Origin: Clostridia bacterium
GTDB taxonomy: Bacteria; Bacillota; Clostridia; TANB77; CAG-508
NCBI GenBank assembly: GCA_022795075.1
Contig: JAAWGB010000002.1
Span: 6,007 to 70,006, forward strand
DNA: 64,000 bases
Direction of reading: 5' to 3'
Shown: positions 29,652-38,858 of the stretch, piece by piece
Position numbering within the stretch: position 1 is the first letter of the stretch
How the letters are laid out: every line of letters starts with the position of its first letter
Translations under genes and position numbers: made by a program
Notes under the pieces: generated by a model
Told to the model about the DNA's origin: nothing
Databases searched by the model: none
The model's input: only the letters and a program-made list of their open reading frames with translations

Positions 29652-30452
29652 TCAATTCCCTGTACTTCTATACTTATTTAGTGCCCAATTCCACACTTTT
29701 ATAGCTATCATCCATACAAATATTACAACCAATGGTGTTACATATATTAATTTACTTTCACTGACTCCCAAATAATCTAAAGTTGGATAATAGGCTGTGA
29801 AGGCAAATGGTAATAGAAAGGTTAGAATTATTCTTACAAATTTATTATATATTTCTATTGGGTATTGTGCTAATTTATGTAATTGAAAGACCGACCAAAC
29901 CACTTCATTCGATTTGTATATCCAAAAACCAGCTACACTAAATATTGTTTGTATGCCTCCTAATATCAGTCCTCCTAAGATACCAAAATACAATATTTTT
30001 ATAATTAAAAATATTGTTATTGTAATTTGTAATTTTATTAGCATGGTTACAATTAATACCACTGAAAGTACCATATATCCTAATGCTGTGCTGGTTTGTG
30101 ATTCTCCTAAAACAGATATTAACGGATGTACTGGTCTTAGTAGAATCGTATCAAACTTTCCTTTTTTAATTAATCTGTTTCCTATATCATAAGTAGAATC
30201 AAATAATAAATCATTTATTGATACAGATAACATCATAACACCATATAGCAATAATAAGTGTTCAAAGCTCCAACCTGCAATATTATCTGTATTTTGAAAT
30301 ATAACCCATATAAAAATTAATTCTATTATTTGAAATGCTATTTGTGATACCATTCCAACTAAGCAATCTACTCTATATTCCATCATTCTTTTTAGTGATG
30401 CTACTAAAAAAGAACCATATAATTTTATATTCTTAATCACTTTATCCTCCAT
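29652..30452 (-). CDS. ABC-2 family transporter permease
   Basis: 266-aa polytopic membrane protein. It overlaps the upstream permease gene by 11 nt and lies in an operon with an ABC ATPase. Confidence 0.7.
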   Translation of the reverse strand: MEDKVIKNIKLYGSFLVASLKRMMEYRVDCLVGMVSQIAFQIIELIFIWVIFQNTDNIAGWSFEHLLLLYGVMMLSVSINDLLFDSTYDIGNRLIKKGKFDTILLRPVHPLISVLGESQTSTALGYMVLSVVLIVTMLIKLQITITIFLIIKILYFGILGGLILGGIQTIFSVAGFWIYKSNEVVWSVFQLHKLAQYPIEIYNKFVRIILTFLLPFAFTAYYPTLDYLGVSESKLIYVTPLVVIFVWMIAIKVWNWALNKYRSTGN

Positions 30453-31233
30453 TTACTGTTATATTTTTAATAGCTTTATTAAATAAAACTTTTGCAATTA
30501 TATAGAAAACAAAAATCCAAATACATTGTTTGAACAAAACTTGTACGATTTCTAAATTGTTTAATTCTCCAAAATAAATACTAATGGGTGTATAAATGCA
30601 GTCTTTAAATGGCAATATATTAGCTATTTTTTGTAAAAACTCTGGAAATAATCCTATTGGTGCTATCATTCCAGAAAAAATACTTAATATGGCTCTTTTA
30701 AATATTTCAACACCCCAAATTGAATTTGTATAAAATGCTGTCATTCCTATTATTAATTCAAAAAAATATACTATTACTACTGCCAAAACAATTACCATTA
30801 CAAATAGTAAAAAATTTGTCATTCCTGCTGGCAATAAGATGCCAAATAATAATGAACATATTATAAAAGTTAAAATTCCAACTATTGCAGATTCGATTAA
30901 TTCTCCTATTCGAATGCCAAAATAATAATTAAAATAGGAGATGGGATTTAATAATTCTCTTAGTATCTCTCCTTCTCTTATTGATTCTCCCATCATTTCA
31001 TTGATTCCCCAATTTATTATTGGACTTAGTGATATTACTAAAATATAATATGTGGTTACTTCTTCAAATGACATGTTTAAAATTTGATCACCATTATTAT
31101 AAATAGCAAGCCAAATAAATATATATACGGTTATTTCTATCATAAAGTTAAATATGTATAGTAATAAATCAAATCTATAATATAATCCTTCTTTTGCATT
31201 TTGTTTTGCTATTGACCAAATTTTATTAATCAT
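30442..31233 (-). CDS. ABC-2 family transporter permease
   Basis: 263-aa polytopic membrane protein. It overlaps the ATPase gene by 8 nt. Confidence 0.7.
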   Translation of the reverse strand: MINKIWSIAKQNAKEGLYYRFDLLLYIFNFMIEITVYIFIWLAIYNNGDQILNMSFEEVTTYYILVISLSPIINWGINEMMGESIREGEILRELLNPISYFNYYFGIRIGELIESAIVGILTFIICSLLFGILLPAGMTNFLLFVMVIVLAVVIVYFFELIIGMTAFYTNSIWGVEIFKRAILSIFSGMIAPIGLFPEFLQKIANILPFKDCIYTPISIYFGELNNLEIVQVLFKQCIWIFVFYIIAKVLFNKAIKNITVNGG

Positions 31234-32227
31234 TTATTGTTTCTCCTTTGTAAATTTCTTTTAATATTTCCTCTAATCCTTCTTCTTGTATGTGCATGTC
31301 TAATATTTCACAGTAATTTGATATTGCTTTTACAATGTTCATTATTGTTTGCTTATCGTGGTTAAATTTAATTTTAATATTTTTTTCCTTTTCTTCTAAT
31401 ACTTCAAATTCTTCTTTGCTTGTTTCTAATGCAATGTTACTTTTTTTATTTTGTATGACAAATTCTGCTATGATATGTTTTCCATATTTGTTTTTAAAGG
31501 TTTCTTTCTCACCATCATAGATAATTGTGCCTTTATCGATTAATATAATTCTATTACATACTTCTTCAATATCTTTTAGATCATGTGTTGTTAGTATGAC
31601 AGTTGTATTTTTTTCTTGGTTGATGTCTTTTATAAATTTTCTAATCTTTTCTTTTACTAGTATATCTAATCCTATTGTGGGTTCGTCTAAATAAACTACT
31701 TTTGGGTTATGCAAGAATGTAGCTGCTATTTCACATCTCATTTTTTGCCCTAAGCTTAGATTTTTTACTTGTTTTTCTAATAATTCTTCTAAATCTAAAA
31801 TTTGCGTAAATTTCTTTAAATTTTTTCTATATTCTCCATCTGGTATTTCATACATTTTTTTAATTAATCGAAATGATTCTATTACTGGCAAGTCCCACCA
31901 TAATTGTGTTTTTTGACCAAAAACTGCTCCTATTTGTTTATTGTTTTCTATTCTCTTATTACTTGGAACAATACCATTTACTATAATTTCTCCAGATGTT
32001 GGTGTAAGTAAACCTGTTAACATTTTAATGGTTGTTGATTTTCCTGCTCCATTTTCTCCGATATATCCAACTAGTTCTCCTTGTTCTATATTAAAATTTA
32101 TATTGTTTACGGCTGTTTGTTCTTTATATTTTGGATGAAATAAGTGTTTTATATAGCCTACCATTCCATGTTCTTTTTGACTTATTTTATATTTTTTTAC
32201 TAAATTATTTACTTTTATAATTGGCAT
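31226..32227 (-). CDS. ABC transporter ATP-binding protein (ABC-2 exporter type)
   Basis: Walker A GENGAGKST, signature LSLGQKMR, Walker B VVYLDEPT and H-loop TTHD. Confidence 0.88.
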   Translation of the reverse strand: MPIIKVNNLVKKYKISQKEHGMVGYIKHLFHPKYKEQTAVNNINFNIEQGELVGYIGENGAGKSTTIKMLTGLLTPTSGEIIVNGIVPSNKRIENNKQIGAVFGQKTQLWWDLPVIESFRLIKKMYEIPDGEYRKNLKKFTQILDLEELLEKQVKNLSLGQKMRCEIAATFLHNPKVVYLDEPTIGLDILVKEKIRKFIKDINQEKNTTVILTTHDLKDIEEVCNRIILIDKGTIIYDGEKETFKNKYGKHIIAEFVIQNKKSNIALETSKEEFEVLEEKEKNIKIKFNHDKQTIMNIVKAISNYCEILDMHIQEEGLEEILKEIYKGETIND

Positions 32228-32273
32228 TCTTTTTACCTCTTTTTATTTTATATTTATTTCTATTTTAAACAAA

Positions 32274-32305
32274 ATACCACCATAAATCAATATCTATGGT
32301 GGCAT
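32274..32305 (-). terminator. Rho-independent terminator between the small-peptide unit and the ABC operon
   Basis: Minus strand: ccaccata-gatattgattt-atggtgg, followed by tattttgttt. Confidence 0.6.
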
Positions 32306-32323
32306 TTTATTAATTTTTAATTA

Positions 32324-32419
32324 CTATTTCCAAGCATATGTTCCATAATATACGCCTACTTGATTTTTTATAAAGTCTTCCTCTTCTTTACTTGCTTTTA
32401 TTAAATCTAATAACTCCAT
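32324..32419 (-). CDS. Possible small peptide (31 aa), MELLDLIKASKEEEDFIKNQVGVYYGTYAWK
   Basis: Below the track cutoff. A ggaag motif lies 9 nt upstream of the ATG. It sits between ORF-1 and the terminator. It may instead be the shifted 3' part of one decayed ~80-aa gene. Confidence 0.3.
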   Translation of the reverse strand: MELLDLIKASKEEEDFIKNQVGVYYGTYAWK

Positions 32420-32442
32420 ATTAGCACTTCCAAAGTTTTTTG

Positions 32443-32562
32443 TTATGACATTTGTATTGGTTTCATTTGTTCGCACACTTGATAATTAGCTCCTGTTCTT
32501 GGTTGAAATCCCAATACTATATTCATTTTTTTGATTAACTTGTTATTTATTTTCTTGTTCAT
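32443..32562 (-). CDS. Possible small peptide (39 aa), MNKKINNKLIKKMNIVLGFQPRTGANYQVCEQMKPIQMS
   Basis: Below the track cutoff. It has a strong RBS (gagggaag about 9 nt upstream of the ATG at 32562) and its own promoter. Confidence 0.4.
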   Translation of the reverse strand: MNKKINNKLIKKMNIVLGFQPRTGANYQVCEQMKPIQMS

Positions 32563-32601
32563 ATTGATATTCTTCCCTCTTTCTTTTGTTATTTTTAATT
32601 T

Positions 32602-32631
32602 ATTTTACTAATCAAGATGAAATTATGTCAA
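32602..32631 (-). promoter_or_regulatory. Sigma-A type promoter for the small-peptide unit
   Basis: Minus strand: TTGACA (reverse complement of 32626-32631), an 18-nt spacer, then TAAAAT (reverse complement of 32602-32607). Confidence 0.5.
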
Positions 32632-32679
32632 TAAGTTAAGATTTGTTTTTTAGGTCATGATATTTTTTCTAAAAAACAC

Positions 32680-32735
32680 TTGACAATTGAATAATCATTC
32701 AACTATAATAAAGCTATAGTTGAATAACAATTCAA
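32680..32735 (+). promoter_or_regulatory. cad promoter with two ArsR/SmtB-type palindromic operators
   Basis: TTGACA (32680-32685), a 17-nt spacer, a further C, then TATAAT (32704-32709). The spacer is the palindrome TTGAATaatcATTCAA (32687-32702). A second copy, TTGAATaacaATTCAA, lies at 32720-32735. Confidence 0.65.
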
Positions 32736-32774
32736 TCGTTTGATAATATAATAAAAAGAAAGGAGTTTATTTTT

Positions 32775-33137
32775 ATGGCAAAAAATGAATTTGTCTGTGA
32801 TTGTAATATCATCCATGAAGATATTGTAAATGAAACCTTAAAAAATATGGCAAAAGAAAATGTTTTTAATAAATTGGCTGAATTTTTTAAGATTTTAGGA
32901 GATACTACTAGAACAAAAATACTTTTTGCATTAGATCAAAATGAAATGTGTGTATGTGATATTGCAAATGTTTTAGGTATGAGTAAATCTTCTATTTCCC
33001 ATCAATTAGGAACACTTCGAAGAAGTGGCATTGTTAAATGCACAAAAAAAGGAAAAGAAGTTTATTACATGTTAGATGATCATCATATTAAACAATTATT
33101 TGAAGTAGGAATGGAACATATTGAACACAAATTATAA
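32775..33137 (+). CDS. cadC: ArsR/SmtB-family metalloregulator, CadC-like
   Basis: EMCVCDIANVLGMSKSSISHQLGTLRRSG closely matches the CadC (pI258) ELCVCDIANILG metal-site/HTH region. There are N-terminal Cys residues (VCDCN). Confidence 0.8.
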   Translation: MAKNEFVCDCNIIHEDIVNETLKNMAKENVFNKLAEFFKILGDTTRTKILFALDQNEMCVCDIANVLGMSKSSISHQLGTLRRSGIVKCTKKGKEVYYMLDDHHIKQLFEVGMEHIEHKL

Positions 33138-33174
33138 AATTTCCTACAATAAAAAAATGAAAGAAGGAAGAAAA

Positions 33175-33396
33175 ATGAAAAGTACATTTAAAATAAAAGA
33201 ATTAGATTGTGCCAATTGTGCTACACAATTAGAAAACTCAATCCGAAAAATAGAAGGAATCCAAATGGTTTGTATCAATTTTATGACCGAAAAAATGGTA
33301 TTAGAATATGACAATGATAATAAAGAAGAAATTATAAAAAAGGTAAAAAAGACAATAAAAAAAGAAGAACCAAACGTAAAAATAGAAGAAATATAG
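33175..33396 (+). CDS. Stand-alone heavy-metal-associated (HMA) domain protein with the CadA-type CANC motif
   Basis: MKSTFKIKELDCANCATQLENSIRKIEG... I prefer the ATG at 33175 (RBS gaaggaag) over the track start at 33121. Its stop is followed by GGAGG and the ATPase ATG. Confidence 0.75.
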   Translation: MKSTFKIKELDCANCATQLENSIRKIEGIQMVCINFMTEKMVLEYDNDNKEEIIKKVKKTIKKEEPNVKIEEI

Positions 33397-33405
33397 GAGG
33401 CTATT

Positions 33406-35250
33406 ATGAAAAAAAGAGCTTTAAAAATATTGATTGCTTTACTATTTTTTATCCTTTCATTTACCATTTCTTTTCAAAATATTGGCATAAATTATTTTCT
33501 TTATATTGTTAGCTATATAATTGTTGGACTTGAAATTGTTTGGAAAGCTATCCGAAATATTTTAAGGGGAAAAGTGTTTGATGAAAATTTTCTTATGGCT
33601 ATTGCTACTTTAGGAGCATTTGCTATTGGAGAATTACCAGAGGCTGTAGCTGTTATGTTATTTTATCAAATTGGAGAATTCTTTCAAAGTTATGCTGTTA
33701 ATAAATCTAGAAAATCTATTACCAGTTTAATGAATATTCGCCCAGATTTTGCAAATGTAAAGTTTCATGATAAACTTACTAAAGTTTCCCCAGAAGATGT
33801 AAAAATTGGGGATATCATAGTAGTAAAACCAGGTGAAAAGGTTCCTTTAGATGGAAAAGTTATAGAAGGAAAATCTATGTTAGATACTTCTAGTTTAACA
33901 GGTGAATCACTTCCAAGAGAAGTGCAAATTGGTCATGACATTTTAAGTGGATGTATCAATCAAAATGGTGTACTAACCATTGAAGTAACAAAAGAATTTG
34001 GCGAATCTACTGTTAGCAAAATATTAGATTTAGTAGAAAATGCTAGTAGTAAAAAATCAAAATCAGAAAATTTTATTAGTAAATTTGCAAAATATTATAC
34101 GCCAATAATCGTTATTGTAGCTGTTTTGTTAGCAATTGTTCCACCTTTGTTTTTGGGACTAGAAACTTTTTTTGATTGGCTTTATCGTTCCTTATCTTTT
34201 TTAGTTGTTTCTTGCCCTTGTGCTTTAGTTATTTCTATTCCTTTGAGTTTCTTTGGTGGAATTGGTGGTGCTTCCAAGATAGGAATTTTAGTAAAAGGCA
34301 GTAATTATTTAGAAGCTTTATCTCATACCGAAACAGTTATTTTTGATAAAACTGGTACATTAACAGAAGGTGTTTTTGAAGTACAAAAAATAGAAACTAT
34401 TGGAATTTCAGAAGAAGATTTACTAAGATTGACAGCTCATGCTGAAAGTTTTTCTAATCATCCTATTTCAATTTCTGTAAAAAAGGCTTATGGTAAAGAA
34501 ATTGACCAAAGTTTAATAACGCAAACAGAAGAATTATCAGGGTTTGGAATATCTGCTAAAATAGAAGGAAAAAATATTTTAGTTGGTAATGAAAAATTGA
34601 TGCAAAATAAACAAATTTCCTATCAAAAATGTGAGGAAATTGGAACCATTTTATATGTAGCTATTGATGAAAAATATGTTGGATATCTTGTAATAGCTGA
34701 TCGAATTAAAAAAGATGCCAAACAAACCATTCAATTTCTAAAAGCTAATCATATGAATGAAACTATTTTACTAACTGGTGATCGAACAGCAGTTGGTAAA
34801 TCCGTTGCCAATCAATTAGGTATTGACACAGTTTATACAGAACTATTACCAAATGAAAAGGCAGAGAAATTAGAAGAAATTATGAAGAAAAAATCAAAAA
34901 ATGGAAAGGTAGCTTTTGTTGGTGATGGTATTAACGATGCTCCTGTTTTGGCAATCTCTGATATTGGAATTGCTATGGGAGGGTTAGGTGCAGATAGTGC
35001 CATTGAAGCTGCTGATATTGTTATTATGACAGATGAGCCATCTAAAATAGCTGATGCTATCAAAATTTCTAAAAAAACTATGCGAATTGTAAAAGAAAAT
35101 ATTAGTTTTGCTATTTTTATTAAAATATTAGTATTATGTCTTAGTGCTTTAGGAATTTCAACTATGTGGGAAGCCGTTTTTGCTGATGTTGGTGTATCCG
35201 TAATTGCCATTATAAATGCCATGCGAGCTTTACATGTAAAAAAATATTAA
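33406..35250 (+). CDS. cadA: P1B-type heavy-metal (Cd/Zn/Co) translocating ATPase lacking a fused HMA domain
   Basis: CPC metal-translocation motif (VSCPCALVISIP), phosphorylation site DKTGTLT, and the TGES, GDGINDAP and MTGD-type blocks. Confidence 0.88.
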   Translation: MKKRALKILIALLFFILSFTISFQNIGINYFLYIVSYIIVGLEIVWKAIRNILRGKVFDENFLMAIATLGAFAIGELPEAVAVMLFYQIGEFFQSYAVNKSRKSITSLMNIRPDFANVKFHDKLTKVSPEDVKIGDIIVVKPGEKVPLDGKVIEGKSMLDTSSLTGESLPREVQIGHDILSGCINQNGVLTIEVTKEFGESTVSKILDLVENASSKKSKSENFISKFAKYYTPIIVIVAVLLAIVPPLFLGLETFFDWLYRSLSFLVVSCPCALVISIPLSFFGGIGGASKIGILVKGSNYLEALSHTETVIFDKTGTLTEGVFEVQKIETIGISEEDLLRLTAHAESFSNHPISISVKKAYGKEIDQSLITQTEELSGFGISAKIEGKNILVGNEKLMQNKQISYQKCEEIGTILYVAIDEKYVGYLVIADRIKKDAKQTIQFLKANHMNETILLTGDRTAVGKSVANQLGIDTVYTELLPNEKAEKLEEIMKKKSKNGKVAFVGDGINDAPVLAISDIGIAMGGLGADSAIEAADIVIMTDEPSKIADAIKISKKTMRIVKENISFAIFIKILVLCLSALGISTMWEAVFADVGVSVIAIINAMRALHVKKY

Positions 35251-35266
35251 AAGGAGATTGAAAATT

Positions 35267-35473
35267 ATGAAAGAAATAATTATAAAAGTAAATGGAATGG
35301 TATGTGGTGGATGTGAAAATAGAGTTCAAAATGCCATCCAATCTATGAAAGGTGTTAAAAAAGTCCTAGCTGATCATAAACTTGGAACTGTTACCATTAT
35401 GGCTAAAGAGGATATAGATGAAACACAAATAAAAGAAAAAATACAAGATATTGGCTTTGATGTTGTTAATTAG
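35267..35473 (+). CDS. copZ: CopZ-like copper chaperone (HMA domain)
   Basis: MKEIIIKVNGMVCGGCENRV contains the MxCxxC motif. RBS AAGGAG lies 10 nt upstream of the ATG at 35267; the track starts at a TTG at 35258. Confidence 0.8.
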   Translation: MKEIIIKVNGMVCGGCENRVQNAIQSMKGVKKVLADHKLGTVTIMAKEDIDETQIKEKIQDIGFDVVN

Positions 35474-35503
35474 AAATAATTATTTAGAAAGGTCTTTTGA
35501 ATT

Positions 35504-37709
35504 ATGAAAAAAATTATCTTAGCAATTGATGGCATGACTTGTAGTGCCTGTTCAAATGGATTAGAAAAATATTTGGCTAAGCAAACTGGAATTACGAAAG
35601 TTTGCGTTAATTTAGTTATGGCAAATGCCTCTATCGAATATGATGAAACAATTCTAGATCAAAAAAAACTAGAACAATTTATCAATAAAGCTGGTTTTAA
35701 AAGTCTTGGTTTATTTAGTGAAAATAATTTAGAAAACAAAAATAAAAATGAAAAAATAAAATTCATTAGCTTTTCCCTATTAGCTATTATCTTAATGTAT
35801 GTATCGATGGGGCATATGATTGGTCTACCAACTTTTGAAATTTTAAATATGCACACTCACCCTGTTTTTTATACAATTACTCTATTTTTATTAACCATTC
35901 CCTTTTTAATTTATGGTTTTGACATTTTAAAAAATGGTTATAAAAATTTTGTATACCAAACACCAAATATGGATACTTTAGTAGGTATTGGTGTTGTTAG
36001 TAGTATGCTATATAGTTTATACAGTATGTATCAAATTTTTCAAGGAAACCATCATTATGTAGAAAATTTATATTTTGAATCAGCAGCTATTGTTATCTTT
36101 TTTATTAAGTTGGGAAGATATATGGACAGTATTAGTAAAGATAAAACAAAAGATGCTATTCAAAAGTTAGTAAAAATGACACCTAATCATGCTATTATTA
36201 AAGTAGATGGACAGGAAAAACAAGTAACAATTGATGAGGTTGCTAAAGGTGATATTGTAATTAGTAAACCAGGTGAAAAAATTGCAGTTGATGGAATCAT
36301 TACTACTGGAAAAGCTCATTTAGATGAATCTTTTTTAACTGGCGAAAGTAAAAAATCTAGTAAAACAATTGGAGATAGAGTTATTGCTGGTAGTATTAAT
36401 TACAATGGTTATTTAGAATATCGAGCAGAAAAAATTGGGAAAGAATCGACCATTTCTGAAATTGTAAAATTAGTGGTAGAAGCTACTAATACCAAAGCTC
36501 CTATTGCAAAAGTAGCAGATAAGGTAAGCGGTTATTTTGTGCCAGCTGTTATGCTAATTGCTTTTATTACTTTTTTGGCTTATCTATTATTTGGCTATGG
36601 TTTTAGTTTTGCTATGTCAACTTTTGTAACGATTTTAGTAGTCGCTTGTCCTTGTAGTTTAGGTTTGGCTACACCTCTTGCTATTGTGGTAAGTGAAGGA
36701 ATTTGTGCTAGTCATGGTATTTTAGTTAAAAAAAGTGAAATTTTAGAAAATGCTCAGAAAACCAATATAGTTGTATTGGATAAAACAGGGACTTTAACTT
36801 ATGGAACTTTAAAAATTTCAGAAGTTATCAATTATAGTGATATAAAAGAAAAAGAATTATTACAAATGATTGGAAGTATTGAAAGTAAATCTACCCACCC
36901 TATTGGAAAGGCTTTTAGTGATTATTTGACAGATAATAAATTGGAGGTTTTGACAGTAGATAATTTTGAAGATATTAGTGGGCATGGTATTATTGGAAAC
37001 ATTTCTTCTCAAGAATTTATTTTGGGAAATGCAAAAATCCTTACTAAATATGATATTGAAAATCATCATATAGAAGATGAAAAAAGATTGGCTAAAGGTC
37101 GGAAATAGTATTGTTTATGTTGTAAAAAATCGCCAGATAATAGCTCTTATTGGTATTAACGATTTGGTTAGAGAAAATGCAAAAGAGGTTATTTCTTATC
37201 TAAATAAAAATAATATCCAAACCATTATGCTAACAGGTGATCATGAAGAAACGGCCAAAAAAATTGCTAATGATATTGGTATTACAAAAATTATGGCAAA
37301 TGTATTGCCTTCCCAAAAAGCTGATATGGTAAAAAAATTAAAGCAAGAAAATAACTATGTTATGATGTGTGGCGATGGGATTAATGATAGTCCTGCTTTA
37401 GCAAGTAGCGATATTGGTGTTAGTTTTAATAGTGGTACCGATATTGCTATGGATGCTTCTGATGTTATTTTGGTTAGAAATGATTTGCATAGTATTATTG
37501 ATTTAATTTATATTAGTAAAAAAACGATTCGAAATATTAAACAAAATCTTTTTTGGGCATTTTTTTATAATTCTTTAATGATTCCAATTAGTATGGGATT
37601 GTTAAGTTATTGGGGAATTTTAATTAATCCTATGATTGCAAGTTTGGCTATGGTTCTTAGTAGTTTTACTGTTATTTTAAATGCTTTACGACTTAAGAAA
37701 ACTATTTAG
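35504..37709 (+). pseudogene. copA: Copper-translocating P1B-ATPase CopA, interrupted by a +1 frameshift in an A6 run (37080-37085)
   Basis: ORF 35504..37108 carries HMA (GMTCSACS), TGES, CPC (ACPCSLGLATP) and DKTGTLT. ORF 37077..37709 continues in the +1 frame with LTGDHEETAKKIA, GDGINDSPALA and the last two TM helices. Removing one A restores ...EDEKDWLKVGNSIVYV... Confidence 0.85.
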
Positions 37710-37763
37710 TAGAAATAGTATGATAAATCTATTATTTTAATTGAAAAGTTTGTGTATTTTATT

Positions 37764-37792
37764 AAAAGCTTAGGAAAATCCTAAGCTTTTTT
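37764..37792. terminator. Bidirectional intrinsic terminator between copA and the restriction gene
   Basis: aaaagcttagg-aaaat-cctaagctttttt: a 9-bp stem flanked by A- and T-runs. Confidence 0.7.
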
Positions 37793-38858
37793 ATATATTA
37801 AATTCTAATTTGTAATATATATCAATATCTTTAATCAATTCATCAATACTTGTATCATTCAAATCATTTAACCATTTTTTCAATTCATTAATTGTAATTA
37901 TTTCTTCAATAGAATTAAAATATTTCTTTTTTAATATTTCCATATCTCCTGATTTAGTAATAATATAGTCTTCCATATCATTTAAAATACTCTGTTTGTT
38001 TCTAGCTGTTTTTACTACAAAAGTTATAGGAAAATGCATTACCTTATCCATATCTAATAAATATTTATCATATCTATTGACTTCTGTAACTTGAAAAAAT
38101 CTTCCTATTGGTCGCATAACAAAGTCAATTCCACCATCATTAGCATTTGTTCTACCTGTTTTATATAATTTCAAACATTCCTTTTGAATATTTTCCATTG
38201 TTCTTCCAATATAGATATATTCACTTTTATAATGATTTTTAAGTATAGCATAAGAAATTATTTCAAAAATTCTAGCTTCAGATTTTTCTTCAATTAATCC
38301 CTCTATTATTTTTTTCTTAGCGGTTGAATCCTTTAATTTGAGTAATTGCTTTAAATCATTTGAAAGTTGTAAATCTTTTTCTTTTAATAAACTTATATAT
38401 TTTTCAATAATTTTTATAAGTGTTTTTGATATATCTATATTTTTTATATAAAGATAATCTATATGTAATAAATATTTGCTTCCATTAATTACTAATATCT
38501 CTTTGCTAGGATTTTTGGCAACTTTATTAGCAAATTCTCCATTTAATCTATTATTAAATGCATGATTTTGCAATTTATTTCCACCATATTGTTTTTTGCA
38601 AAAATTCCATAATTCTGTGTATTCAAATCCTTCAAATTTTTTATAACTATTTTTATTATTATAAAAACTATTATTTGTATAGAAAATTAAAAGTGAATAT
38701 ATTGCATATATATTTCCTAAACTTCTTCTTGTTTTTGAATCGCCATCTATTGCACCTGTTTTTTTATTTAAATATTGAATCAAGTCAGAAGAATTATATA
38801 TTTTTTCATAATTATTGCCAAAATCCTCATACAATATTTCTTTAATAAATTCTCTCAT
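37791..38858 (-). CDS. Putative type II restriction endonuclease (PD-(D/E)xK, Mrr-cat-like core)
   Basis: 355-aa ORF overlapping the methyltransferase gene by 4 nt. The segment ARIFEIISYAIL ... NANDGGIDFVM resembles the FE...D-G-G-I-D nuclease core. The specific enzyme is not recognised. Confidence 0.6.
   Translation of the reverse strand: MREFIKEILYEDFGNNYEKIYNSSDLIQYLNKKTGAIDGDSKTRRSLGNIYAIYSLLIFYTNNSFYNNKNSYKKFEGFEYTELWNFCKKQYGGNKLQNHAFNNRLNGEFANKVAKNPSKEILVINGSKYLLHIDYLYIKNIDISKTLIKIIEKYISLLKEKDLQLSNDLKQLLKLKDSTAKKKIIEGLIEEKSEARIFEIISYAILKNHYKSEYIYIGRTMENIQKECLKLYKTGRTNANDGGIDFVMRPIGRFFQVTEVNRYDKYLLDMDKVMHFPITFVVKTARNKQSILNDMEDYIITKSGDMEILKKKYFNSIEEIITINELKKWLNDLNDTSIDELIKDIDIYYKLEFNI

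Noticed and set aside
33121-33174. The track start (33121) for the HMA protein, which would overlap the cadC 3' end.
   Set aside because: The ATG at 33175 has an RBS (gaaggaag) and begins exactly at the HMA fold (MKSTFKIKELDCANC).
35504-37709. Treating 35504..37108 and 37077..37709 as two genuine genes, or as a programmed -1 frameshift like the one known in E. coli copA.
   Set aside because: Together the two halves make one canonical CopA, and neither half can function alone. The shift required is +1, not -1. The A-run is not an in-frame X_XXY_YYZ heptamer. The site is deep in the ATPase, not after the first HMA domain.
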